DNA of 62,718 bases, the filler included, from an uncultured bacterium (GTDB lineage Bacteria; DAOPZR01), in NCBI GenBank assembly GCA_964637655.1. It is 26 parts of 26 records of this genome, joined end to end, with 100 filler letters (N's around TTAATTAATTAA, not from the genome) between each part and the next. Parts side by side here need not be neighbours in the genome. Positions count along the whole stretch, not along the records: positions 7,708 to 10,128 come from CAZWUZ010000412.1; positions 10,229 to 12,631 come from CAZWUZ010000414.1; positions 12,732 to 15,125 come from CAZWUZ010000415.1; positions 15,226 to 17,608 come from CAZWUZ010000416.1; positions 17,709 to 20,089 come from CAZWUZ010000417.1; 21 more parts are not named here. One strand, written 5' to 3'. This document shows positions 8,710 through 18,595 of this stretch, one piece after another. Each line of letters begins with the position of its first letter. Position 1 is the first letter of the stretch. The notes under the pieces were generated by a model, which was not told the origin of the DNA, searched no databases, and saw only the letters and a list, made by a program, of their open reading frames with translations. Both the position numbers and the translations under genes were made by a program.

Positions 8710-10128
8710 AGCCGCCTCACCCTCGGCGGCGGCGGCGGCGGCGGCGCTGGCCGCCAGCGCGGCGCGGGAACGCACGCGCGCGACCGATGCCGCGGCGCTC
8801 ACCGCGCATGCCGCGCTGCTTGATGCCGGGCTGCAGCGCCTGCCCGTGCTCTTCACCCGCGATCTGCTCTTTCTGCTCGGGCGCCCGCCGTATGACGGGT
8901 TCCGCACCGGCACGCCATGGCCGGAGGAGGACAGCGACGGCATCCTCACGCGCTACCAGACGGAATTCGTGCAGCGCCTGCTCCCGGAACCGGCTTTCGC
9001 CGAGGCGGTGCGCCTCGTGCAGTGCGCGCCGGCCGCCTCCGGCGAGCGCGCGCTGCTGACGCGGGAATTCCTCGAATTCGCCTGTCTTGAACTTGACGCC
9101 TGCTGGCCCGACCACTGGCCGGCCGAGCGGGTCGACTGGCCGCTGACGTCCGACGCGCTCCCCGCGGATGACGACGCGACGGTTGTCGCGTGGCGCGGCG
9201 AACTGCGGCGCGGCCTGGAACACTTTCTTGCCGCTGCGCGGCAGCGGCAGGTCGTGGCGCGTCTCTTTGACGCGGGCGACCTCTACGTGCTGCGCGCCGG
9301 GCGGCTGCTGGCCGACGCGCATTTGCGCCGCGCCTGCCGGCAGATTGCCGCCGCGCGCGCCGCGGTCCCGCCTCCCGACTGGCGCAGCGTCTGCCTGCTG
9401 CGCGAGCAGGCGGAGACGGCGACACGGCTGACCGAACTGACCTGCTACCCGAGCGGCGGCTTTGGCGGCCTGACCACCTCCGGGCCGCTGGAAAACCTGC
9501 TGCCGACCGAACTGCTCTACCTCGACGAGCCGACCCCGGAGGACGATTTGTTCAGCACGCGCTACGCGCAGGGTGAGCAGTTGTACTACCTGCGTGACGA
9601 AGGGGTGCTGGTGCGCCGCCAGGTGACGCTGCAGGTCACCATCGACCACGCGCAATGCATGACGCTGCAGTACCCGTGGCATCGCTACCGCCTCTCCAAC
9701 CTGCTGCACGGCTGCCTGCTCGCCTTCATCCGCGACCTCGACGGGCTCTTCCCCAACTGTGCCGTGCACTGCGTCTTCCACCGCTACGCGCCGCCCGGAC
9801 GCCCCGATCTCGTCGACGAGCAGCAGAAGGACGACGAACTGCTGCAGTTCATCCTGCGCGAAGAGGAGGCGCTCGACCGCGTGCGCTTCGTGCGCGCCGG
9901 CGAGGCGCGGTCATACCTCGATGCGTCACCGGCTGTCGCGCGCTACCTGCTGGTGCTCGGGCATGACGCGGTGAGCGAACCGCTGCGCGATCTGGCGCGC
10001 GACCGCCGCACCTGGCAGCGCTACGGTGAGCTACGCCAATGGTGCCAGCATTCCGGCAGGGGGCTGCAGCATCAGCGTGGATGTGACCGGCAGCAGCGCG
10101 GGTACCCACCACAACAGCATTCCGGCCG
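8702..10128 (+). CDS. MoxR partner protein with ViaA-like pre-vWA motif and degenerate vWA domain (3' end probably chimeric/truncated)
   Basis: YPSGGFGGLTTSGPLENLLPTELLY..DLFSTRYAQGEQLYYLRDE; overlaps the MoxR stop. Confidence 0.65.
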
Positions 10129-10228
10129 NNNNNNNNNNNNNNNNNNNNNNNNNNNNNNNNNNNNNNNNNNNNTTAATTAATTAANNNNNNNNNNNNNNNN
10201 NNNNNNNNNNNNNNNNNNNNNNNNNNNN

Positions 10229-11098
10229 CCAGGTACGCACGTGGCGTTCAGGATCCTGATACTTGAAGTTGCGCGGCCCGACCCCGAACCACGGGCGCTC
10301 GCGCACGACATCGGTACAGTCGCGCCACATCGCCACGCGCCAGTTCATTTCCAGCCCGTGCACCGAACCAAGAAGCTGTCCCAGCGCCATCTGCGAGCGC
10401 CCCAGCACCGGCACTGCCAGCAGCAGGATCAGCAGCAGGGCGAGACAGAGGCGGCAGGTGGCGAAGCGAAACAGGTAGAAAACCACCAGCAGCGCGGCGG
10501 CCACCCAGGCACCGCGTGACGATGTGTACCAGAGCGCGGCAAGCGTCGGCAGCACCATCAGCAGCAGGATGGCGAAGAGCGGCAGTCCGGTACGCACACG
10601 GCGCGGGTCCCACGCGGCGTGGCGCTGCAGCCAGAGGAGTTGTGCGACCAGGGCGAGCGCGAGATAGGTGGCGCTGTGGTTGGCAAACCCGAGCGAAAAA
10701 ACGCTCAGCCCGGCACTGCCGAAATTGGCATAGCCGAGCTGCACCTGCAGCAGGGCAGCGGCGGCGGCAGCCGCGGTGGCAGCCCCGGCAACGGTCAGCA
10801 GGCGCCACGCTTCGCGTTCAGAGGTCACCGCTGTCGCCGCCATCAGCCCGCAGAGGAAAATGCGCAGGAAATCGAACGCCCCGTTGAACCCTTCCCGCGG
10901 CGTAATCGCGGTGATGGCCGCCAGCACCGCAACAAAGACGAACAGGCCGAGCCATGTGAGCGGCCCAGCCGGAGTGCGCCAGCCGCGCTGCGCCAGCCAG
11001 ACCGCTGCGGCCAGCCCGAAGAGAACGTTCTTGGGCGCCTCGGCAAAGGGAATGGCGATGGCCAGCAGCAGCAGCAGCCAGAGGAGCGCAGTACGCAT
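10229..11098 (-). CDS. O-antigen ligase family membrane protein (3' truncated)
   Basis: Multiple TM helices, N..A.YL, T.SRGAW, R..MW..PWFGVG..NF. Confidence 0.88.
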
Positions 11099-11553
11099 CA
11101 GGGGGCGAGCAGGTAGAGGTAGAGCGCGCGGCGGCGGTTGAGATCAGTTTCCAGCCACGCGCGCGTACCCGCAGGCAGGGTCACCGCCGGCGGCAGCACC
11201 AGCTCGGCGAGCACCCGGCTGCCGTCGGGACTGACGAGCAATTCTCCGCAATGCGCCTGTGCCGCCCAGCCGGCCGGAAACGCCACGGCGGTATCGACAC
11301 CGGCCGGGTGGAGTTGCGTCCAGTCCCAGCGCGGCACCGCCGCCGCATGCTCCGCCAGCAGTGCCAGTGCCGTCTCGACAGCCAGCGGCCCGCTGTCAGC
11401 GAGCCACGCTGCATCCGGCGCAGAGAAACTCCGCTGCGAGGTGAACGGGGTGCCGGCGGCGACAGGAATCAGTTCCGGGGGATGGATGACGGGCTGCACG
11501 GCAGCCCCGCATCCGGCGAGCAGCAACAGCGTCAGCAGCGGAAGCGCGCGCAT
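11098..11553 (-). CDS. Hypothetical lipoprotein
   Basis: MRALPLLTLLLLAGC lipobox; coupled to both neighbours. Confidence 0.7.
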   Translation of the reverse strand: MRALPLLTLLLLAGCGAAVQPVIHPPELIPVAAGTPFTSQRSFSAPDAAWLADSGPLAVETALALLAEHAAAVPRWDWTQLHPAGVDTAVAFPAGWAAQAHCGELLVSPDGSRVLAELVLPPAVTLPAGTRAWLETDLNRRRALYLYLLAP

Positions 11554-11557
11554 CAGT

Positions 11558-12631
11558 TCACCCCTGCCCCGCATGCACGAGTTCATACTGCCGGGAGCCG
11601 AGCCCGACCTGTTCCCCGTGCCGCAACTGCACCGTGGCATCGATCTGCGGAAAGAGCGCGCGGAACTTGTCTGCACCGGCGGGTACGGGGCGGCGTGACA
11701 GCGGGTTGCCCTCCGCCGCGTTGACCATGTCGTAGCAGGCCTGATCGATGGCGACGCAGTCGCGCGACGCCAGCACCCCGAGGTCGGGGACCACCGGCGT
11801 ATCATTGAACCCGTAGCAGTCACAGTCAGGCGAAACCTTGAGAAGAAAATTGAAGTAGAGTACCGGCTTGCCCGCGGTGACCGCCTGCGCGATTTCCGCC
11901 ATCTTCTCCTGCAGCGCCGCCGGGTCGCCGTTCCACGCCAGCCCGATGGCCCCCGTCGGGCAGGCGATGAGGCATTGACCGCACCCGACACATTTTTCCG
12001 GGCTGATTTCCGCCTGCTTCTTCCCGACGGTGATGGCGTGATGGGCGCAGTGGGCGGCGCAGATGCCGCAGCGCACGCAATCCTCAGGGCTCACCTGCGG
12101 GGTCATGGTCGAATGCATGCCCAGTTTGTACGGCTTGGCCGCCAGGCCCATGCCGAGGTTCTTGATGCTGCCGCCGAACCCCGTCACCTCATGCCCCTTG
12201 AAGTGGGTGATGACGACGAGCGCGTCCGCGGCGGCCGCCTCGGCCCCCACGCCCGCCTCGTGGTAGTGCTTGCCGCTGGCCACCGGCACGGTGGCGACGC
12301 TGCCGCCGCGCAACCCGTCGGCGATAACCACCGGGGCATTGACCACGCTGGTGGTAAAGCCGTTGCGGATGGCAGTCTCGAGATGGTTGACCGCGTCGCT
12401 GCGCGTCCCCTTGTAGATGGTGCTGGAATCGGTGAGGAAAGGGCGCCCGCCCGCGGCGCGGATCAGGTCGACGATGGCGCGCACGTAGGTGGGATGGACG
12501 TAGGCGGCATTCCCCTGCTCGCCGAAATGCAGCTTGACGGCGACCAGTTTTCCCCTGCCCACCGCGGCATCGCCATCGAGCGCGCGCCACAGGGTGGCCA
12601 GCTTGTGCGCCATGTTCCCCTGCAGCGATTC
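11558..12631 (-). CDS. DUF362 domain protein with 2x[4Fe-4S] ferredoxin insert (5' truncated)
   Basis: VKLHFGE.GN, THFKGH..GFGGSIKNLGMG, two CxxCxxCxxxC motifs, CDC. Confidence 0.9.
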   Translation of the reverse strand, partial: ESLQGNMAHKLATLWRALDGDAAVGRGKLVAVKLHFGEQGNAAYVHPTYVRAIVDLIRAAGGRPFLTDSSTIYKGTRSDAVNHLETAIRNGFTTSVVNAPVVIADGLRGGSVATVPVASGKHYHEAGVGAEAAAADALVVITHFKGHEVTGFGGSIKNLGMGLAAKPYKLGMHSTMTPQVSPEDCVRCGICAAHCAHHAITVGKKQAEISPEKCVGCGQCLIACPTGAIGLAWNGDPAALQEKMAEIAQAVTAGKPVLYFNFLLKVSPDCDCYGFNDTPVVPDLGVLASRDCVAIDQACYDMVNAAEGNPLSRRPVPAGADKFRALFPQIDATVQLRHGEQVGLGSRQYELVHAGQG

Positions 12632-12731
12632 NNNNNNNNNNNNNNNNNNNNNNNNNNNNNNNNNNNNNNNNNNNNTTAATTAATTAANNNNNNNNNNNNN
12701 NNNNNNNNNNNNNNNNNNNNNNNNNNNNNNN

Positions 12732-13347
12732 AGACCGCGAGCAGCGCATTGGCCAGCGCCGTCAGCGCGGTAACGTCAGTCACCGGTTCCGCGGCGAGAA
12801 ACGCGCGCGTGTAGTCGCGCAGCGTGCAGCGCGCGTCGGCGAGCGGCATCTGCGGCGCATTGTAGCGCTTGTAGGCGGCGAGCGCGAGCCCGAGCAGCAC
12901 CAGCTGCTGCTCGCTCATCTCCTGCGCGTTCTCCGCCACCTTCTTCAGCGCCGTCACGACATGGTTATTGTACTGTTTCTGCGCGGTCGGAACGAGTTCC
13001 ATCATCAGCGCCAGCGTGAACCAGCCGCTGGCGGCGAGCAGGAACGGGTTGAGCAGCGTGCGTTCGCGCGGCGACGCGTTGGTCAGCCAGGCCACGGCGA
13101 AGAGCGGATGCACCGTCTCCGCCAGCTGCGCGCGCACCAGCGCATGCAGCAGTTCGAGGTCATGCCACGGCGATCTTGTCGCGCGCTGCGGGCTGCGCAC
13201 CACCGTGTGCTGCCGCGCCACGGGGTCCGTCAGCACCAGCGCCGCCTGCTCGTGCGGGTCGCCGCTGATCTTGTCGATGACCGGCCAGCGCAACTGCGCG
13301 CGTCGCTGTTTGGCGAGCGCCTGCAGCCGGGTGAGTTGTTCCGCCAT
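12732..13347 (-). CDS. Hypothetical protein (3' truncated)
   Basis: AGGAG RBS then MAEQLTRL; coding-like codon use. Confidence 0.6.
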
Positions 13348-13421
13348 CCGTTTCTCCTGCGCGCATCGTAGCATGTTTGCCCTGTTCCTGCACGGGCGTG
13401 ACGGCGGCGGCGGGGGAGGAA

Positions 13422-13973
13422 TCAGTCCGCGTGACGGTCGTGAATGATGCCGACCAGCCACCAGTGGGTGTCGAGGTGGCGGAATGCCAGCCGCAAACTC
13501 GCCCAGTCGCTGCCGCTCCCCGGGTAATGGCATTCGTACACCGTCGCACCGCCATGGTAGGCGCGGGCGTTATCCGTCGTGGTGCCGAAGCCGAGCCGGA
13601 TGTCGGTCGCCTGCTGCGGCGCGTTGCGCCAGTCGCGGTCCCAGATGAAATGCGCCCAGTAGGTGGCGACCGTAAGCAGCAGCGGCTCACCGCTCCCCGG
13701 ATAGTAGCCCCACTGGTAGGCCTGCCCGTCGAACGTCAGGCGACGTACCTGCTCGCGGGTAAACTGCCGGTCGGCATCGCTGACAAACCCGTACGGGGTG
13801 AAGCGCAGTCCCTGGTCGAGGTGCACGAAGTCCGCGAGGCGCTGCCAGTCGCGCCGCTCGAGCGCCTGCAGCACCGCGTCGCCCGGCGGCGTCGCGTCCG
13901 GCCGCGGCGCCAGCGTCTCATCGCTCCCGGCGCATCCCGCCAGCAGCACCGCCAGCAGCAGCAGGCACCTCAT
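13422..13973 (-). CDS. Hypothetical lipoprotein
   Basis: MRCLLLLAVLLAGC lipobox; VH...GLRFTPYGFV and DWASLRLAF..W.LVGIIHD segments. Confidence 0.75.
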   Translation of the reverse strand: MRCLLLLAVLLAGCAGSDETLAPRPDATPPGDAVLQALERRDWQRLADFVHLDQGLRFTPYGFVSDADRQFTREQVRRLTFDGQAYQWGYYPGSGEPLLLTVATYWAHFIWDRDWRNAPQQATDIRLGFGTTTDNARAYHGGATVYECHYPGSGSDWASLRLAFRHLDTHWWLVGIIHDRHAD

Positions 13974-14494
13974 CGCAATTCCCCCCAGGGCAGGGCGAGC
14001 GCGAGCTGCACCACGCAATAGAGCAGGATCAGCAGGGCAATGCCCGTCTTGGCGACGATGCCCGCCACCTTGCCCGCCAGTACGCCCAGCGCGCTCTTCA
14101 TGGCGCGCTGCCAGTCACCATGCTCCTTGTGCTCGCCGATGAGTGCCCCCGCCAGCAGCCCGAGCAGCACGGGGAGCGGGTTGAACGTCAGCACCATCAG
14201 CAGCGCCCCGAGCAACGCGCCGCCCAGCGCCCAGCGCAGGCCGCGCGCTGACGCCCCCCCGGCTTTCGCCCCGGCCACGCCGCCGAGGAATTCGAGCGCT
14301 TCCGCCGCCGCCGCGAGGATGAAGATCAGCGTCAGCGACCAGAGCCCGAACACCTGCCACTCCGTAAACCAGCCGAAGACCAGTACCGCGACCGCCATCA
14401 GTATCGTGCCGGGCGCCCCGACGGCATTGAGCAGCACACCTGCCAGCAGCAGCACCAGCAGCAGGACGACACTGCCGAGCAGCGCCGTCGTCAT
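13970..14494 (-). CDS. DUF456 family membrane protein
   Basis: PGT, LEFLGGVAGAKAGGAS..GALIGE, A.G...G pattern; ATGA overlaps on both sides. Confidence 0.8.
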   Translation of the reverse strand: MTTALLGSVVLLLVLLLAGVLLNAVGAPGTILMAVAVLVFGWFTEWQVFGLWSLTLIFILAAAAEALEFLGGVAGAKAGGASARGLRWALGGALLGALLMVLTFNPLPVLLGLLAGALIGEHKEHGDWQRAMKSALGVLAGKVAGIVAKTGIALLILLYCVVQLALALPWGELR

Positions 14495-15123
14495 GGCCGC
14501 GTCGCCTGCGCCACGGCGCGCAGCGTGCCCGCAGTCACCCGCCCCCGGCGTGCCGCCGCAAAGTGCGGCAGCGCCTGCAGGAATCCGGAAAGTGCGGGGA
14601 GCCCGTAGCGCAGCACCTGACCCGCGACGATAAACGGCGCCCAGCCCGCCTGCAGCAGCAGCTGCGCGGTGGTGAACTGCCGCCAGTGCAGCAGCCAGAG
14701 ATTGCGCTGCAGCAGCGTGCGGCGCGCCGCTTCGCCGTCGCGGCCCGCGGTCTGCGCCCCCGCATGCACCACCGTCGCCAGCGGCTGGTGCAGCACGCGC
14801 CGGCCGCTGCGCCACAGGCGCAGCCCGAGATCATAATCCTCCGCGTAGGCGGGGGCAAAGAGCGGCGCGAAACCGCCGGTGTCGAGGAACGCCGCGCGGT
14901 CGACGAGCAGCGCCGCCCCGCTGCCGTACGCCGTCGGGCAGGGCGCATCCGCCGGCCGCGGGCGCACGCGCAGCCAGGCCCCGGTACGCAGCGCGCGGGC
15001 CCCCTCCTGCTGTTTCCCCTTCGCGTCGGTCAGCCGCGCGTCGACCGCCGCCACGTCACCCTGCAGCAGCGGCAGCCGGGCGCGCCGCGCGCCCGGCGTC
15101 AGGTACGCGTCCGTGTGGAGCAG
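14491..15123 (-). CDS. GT2 glycosyltransferase, C-terminal part
   Basis: GAALLVDRAAF..GGF..FAPAYAEDYDLGLR..VVH. Confidence 0.85.
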   Translation of the reverse strand: MLHTDAYLTPGARRARLPLLQGDVAAVDARLTDAKGKQQEGARALRTGAWLRVRPRPADAPCPTAYGSGAALLVDRAAFLDTGGFAPLFAPAYAEDYDLGLRLWRSGRRVLHQPLATVVHAGAQTAGRDGEAARRTLLQRNLWLLHWRQFTTAQLLLQAGWAPFIVAGQVLRYGLPALSGFLQALPHFAAARRGRVTAGTLRAVAQATRP

Positions 15124-15225
15124 CANNNNNNNNNNNNNNNNNNNNNNNNNNNNNNNNNNNNNNNNNNNNTTAATTAATTAANNNNNNNNNNNNNNNNNNN
15201 NNNNNNNNNNNNNNNNNNNNNNNNN

Positions 15226-16351
15226 AGACCGCCGACAGCACCCGCATCAGCAGCCCGGCGCGCGCCTGCGTCACCTGCGGGTTGATCCGCCCCTTGTAGA
15301 GGTCGATGGCGATGGCCGAAGCCGCGACGAGCACCAGCGACGCCAGCGTCGACATCGACGCCGAGAGCACCAGCAGCAGGATGATGGCAATCAGCCACTC
15401 CGGCAGCTGCTGCGTCAGCAGGGTCGGGATCATCATGTCGAAATCCGGCTTGCCGTTCGCCCCCATGACCGGCGTGTCGAAATACGCGTGCGTCATCGCC
15501 CCGGTAAAGTACGCGGCGAAGGTGATGATCAGCGCGAACACCGTCGTCACCACGGCCGCGCGCCCGATCATCTTCGCGTCCCTGATGGCGTAGAACTTCT
15601 GCACCATCTGCGGCAGTCCCCAGGTGCCGAACGAGGTCATGAAGACCAGCGCGAAAATCGTCAGCCCGTCCGGCTGTTTCGCCGCCGGCACATGCTGCGG
15701 GTAGAGCGCGGTGATCTTGGCGGTCACCCCGCCAATCCCCCCCTGCGCGTCGGCCAGCACGAAGACCATCAGCGACGCGCCCGCCAGCATGACCAGCCCC
15801 TGCACAAAATCGGTCATGGCGATGGCAAAGTAGCCCCCGAGGATCAGATAGAGCCCCGTCAGCGCGATCATGCCGAGCAGCGCCCACTCGTACGGCATGC
15901 CGAAACTCGCCTCGAAGAGATGCCCCAGTCCCTTGAACACCGACGCGGCATACGGCAGCAGGAACACGAAAATAATCAGTGCCGCGAAGGTCTTGAGGTG
16001 TTTCCCCCCATAGCGTTCCTGCAGGAACTCGGGCATGGTCATGGCCCCGAGGTTCTGCGACATCAGCCGCGTGCGCCGCGCGAGGATGAGCCAGGCCAGC
16101 GTGGCCCCGATCAGCGTGTTGCCGACGGGAATCCACAGCACGTCCAGTCCGAAGCCCCAGCCGAGCGCGCCGGCAAACCCGATGAAGACCACGGCGGAGA
16201 AGTAGGTGGTGCCGTAGGCGAACGCGGAGAGCCACGGGCCGATGTCGCGCCCCCCGAGGAAGAAGTCGCCCAGCGTCTTCGTCCGCCGCATGCCCCACAG
16301 CCCGATACCCGTCATCACCAGCACAAACACCGCCAGCAGCGCCAGTTTCAT
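15226..16351 (-). CDS. Sodium:solute symporter (SSS family; 3' truncated)
   Basis: DFFLGGR.IGPW.SAF, TMPEFLQERY, GGYFAIAMTDFVQG, WGLPQMVQKFY, LSASMST. Confidence 0.92.
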
Positions 16352-16379
16352 GGTGCGCGCAACTCCCGTACCGCGGGGT

Positions 16380-17198
16380 TCAGTGCCCCGCCTTGATGAA
16401 TTCCCAGACGATTTCCCAGACAATCAGCAGGACGATCAGCACTTCGAGCAGGGTGTTGCGGCTCGCCTCGGTAATCGACTGCAGCGACTGCGCCGTTTCG
16501 AGCGACGCCCCCAGTTTCGTTTCAACCACCCGCGCGCGGCGGGACAGTTCAAAATGCTTGGCCAGCGTCTCGTAGATTTCGTCACACACCGTGTCCTGCC
16601 AGGTGAGCGCCGGCTTTTCCAGCACCATCAGTTCCGACATGATTTTCTGCCGCGCGCGCAGCAGTTTTACCGTTGCCAGCAGCGCGCGGTTGCGCACCAG
16701 CGGCAGGTACCTGATGCGCGCCGCGTACCACTCCAGCGTCTTGATGCTCTCTTCCGCCACCTCATCCGCCAGCCGGTCGAACCGTTCCAGGGTCGCGCTC
16801 TGCGCGAGAACAAACGCCAGCATCTTCACGTAGTCGGGGTTGGTATGCGCGGCGTTGAAGTAGGCGGTTTCCTCGTAGCGGTCGAGAACGAACTCCTCCT
16901 CCTGCCAGTCCTTGACCGCGAACGGCGGGTCAGAAACGGTCGCACAGGTGAAGGTTTCCGCGCGTGACGGGCGGTATGACCGTCCCGTTGCCCGTTCGAG
17001 TTCCGCAAAGAACGCGCCGGTCAGTTCCTCCTCGTGCCCGAAAAAGACGACTGCCCCGAACTGGTAGACAAACACCTCGCGGTCGTGGAAACTGACGACC
17101 AGCGGGTCCTCCCAGCGCGTGACCTGCGCCACGCCGAACGCCGCGGCCAGCGGCCCCGGACTGATGGTATCGCCAAGATCATATGCCCTGATTTTCAT
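16380..17198 (-). CDS. RMD1/YagE (DUF155) family protein
   Basis: VFVYQFGAVVFFG, LAQSATLERF, FELSRRARVVETKL, LEVLIVLLI.WEI C-terminal TM. Confidence 0.85.
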   Translation of the reverse strand: MKIRAYDLGDTISPGPLAAAFGVAQVTRWEDPLVVSFHDREVFVYQFGAVVFFGHEEELTGAFFAELERATGRSYRPSRAETFTCATVSDPPFAVKDWQEEEFVLDRYEETAYFNAAHTNPDYVKMLAFVLAQSATLERFDRLADEVAEESIKTLEWYAARIRYLPLVRNRALLATVKLLRARQKIMSELMVLEKPALTWQDTVCDEIYETLAKHFELSRRARVVETKLGASLETAQSLQSITEASRNTLLEVLIVLLIVWEIVWEFIKAGH

Positions 17199-17207
17199 GG
17201 TGCGGCG

Positions 17208-17236
17208 AGTATAGCACCCCCGTCGCTGCGGGGCAA
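17208..17236 (-). promoter_or_regulatory. sigma70-type promoter of the RMD1 gene
   Basis: TTGCCC-17bp-TATACT with TG extension; ATG 9 nt downstream. Confidence 0.6.
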
Positions 17237-17242
17237 GTCGCG

Positions 17243-17545
17243 TCAGCGCGGCACGGCGGAGGTGTCCCCGACCGTTACCACACGGACCGGGCGCTCGCCC
17301 GGGTACTGCATGCCGAGCGTCTCGCGGGCCATGCGCTCGATGGCCGCCGTGTCATTCTGCAGCGCCGTAATCTCGCCGCGCAGCCGCTCATTCTGCTCCG
17401 CCAGCGTGCGGTTATGTTCCTCGAGGGCGGCGATGGTGCGCAGGTCGTCACGCTGCGCGAGGTAGCCATGCTCGCCGAACAGCATGAGCGCGGCGATGAG
17501 CACGAAGGTCGCCACCGTCAGTACCGTGCGCAGGCGCGTACTCAC
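17243..17545 (-). CDS. ftsB: Septum formation initiator FtsB/DivIC family
   Basis: TM helix, FGEHG, coiled coil, IERMARETLGM..PGE. Confidence 0.85.
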   Translation of the reverse strand: MSTRLRTVLTVATFVLIAALMLFGEHGYLAQRDDLRTIAALEEHNRTLAEQNERLRGEITALQNDTAAIERMARETLGMQYPGERPVRVVTVGDTSAVPR

Positions 17546-17607
17546 CGGATGCCCGCCTGCAGGATGTCATGGATATGCACCAGTCCGACCGGCCGCTGTT
17601 CCTCGTC
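17542..17607 (-). CDS. C-terminal fragment of KpsF/GutQ (KdsD) sugar-phosphate isomerase CBS domain
   Basis: DEEQRPVGLVHIHDILQAGIR* translated by hand; typical KdsD C-terminus. Confidence 0.7.
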   Translation of the reverse strand, partial: DEEQRPVGLVHIHDILQAGIR

Positions 17608-17708
17608 CNNNNNNNNNNNNNNNNNNNNNNNNNNNNNNNNNNNNNNNNNNNNTTAATTAATTAANNNNNNNNNNNNNNNNNNNNNNNNNNNNNNNNNNNN
17701 NNNNNNNN

Positions 17709-18595
17709 ATGGCCTTCGGCAGAATGCGTATGTCGACCGGAAGGAAACCGCGCGCATCGCCGTCGAACTCCACCGATACAGGCGAAGGCGCGTGAACGCG
17801 GACATGTGCGGCATGACGAACGAAGAGCGACGGCGATGCTGTCGCGGTGCCGGAATAAAAGCCCGGCAGCAGTTTGACGAGCCTGCGCCGGGTGACCCCG
17901 TGGATGGCGGCAACGGCTAATCGTCCGTCGCTCGGGTGCAGATCCATATTGAGTTTCAGACCGGAGGCAATGTGCGGGTTTTTGAGGACAACTAGATGGC
18001 GGACTTTCTCCAGTCTGGTTTCAGTGCCGTCAATCATCAGAGTCATATCGGTGGGTGCGCTTTTCAGGATGGCGCGGAGGACGCCGATTCCGGTGCCGAG
18101 CGTATCGCCGAGATAGCGGCGGTTTCGGTTGGCGAAGTCAGCCACCGCCGCACCGAGTCCGATATTGCTGCTGCAACCAAATACGGAGGTTGCGGCGGAG
18201 CCGTCCCCGCGATGATACTCGATCTGGACGGCATCAATCGGCGCTGCGTTTCCGCGCAGGAGGGTTTCCATCGCGGCGACCGGCTCAACCGGAATTTTGT
18301 GGAAGCGGCAAAAGTCGGGGCTGGTTCCGGCGTAGAGGATGCCGAGTTTCAGGTCGGGTGTGCCGGATCGCACCATGCCGTCGATAACTTCGCTGATGGT
18401 GCCATCGCCGCCGACCGCAACCAGCGTATCGCCGGGCTTCGCCTCGCTGGCGAGCCGTGCGGCATCGCCGGGTCCAGTGGTGACGGCGCACTCAAACTCA
18501 GCACCGGATTGGCGCAGCGCCGCTTCCCATGCGGCCCAGCGCTGTCGACCTCGTCCGGAGCGGGAGGTTGGGTTCATGATCAGCCGGAGCGTCAT
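17709..18595 (-). CDS. Diacylglycerol/lipid kinase family (YegS/DgkB-like), 3' truncated
   Basis: NPTSRSG, VAVGGDGT.SEV, DG.L, VEFDGD. Confidence 0.9.
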
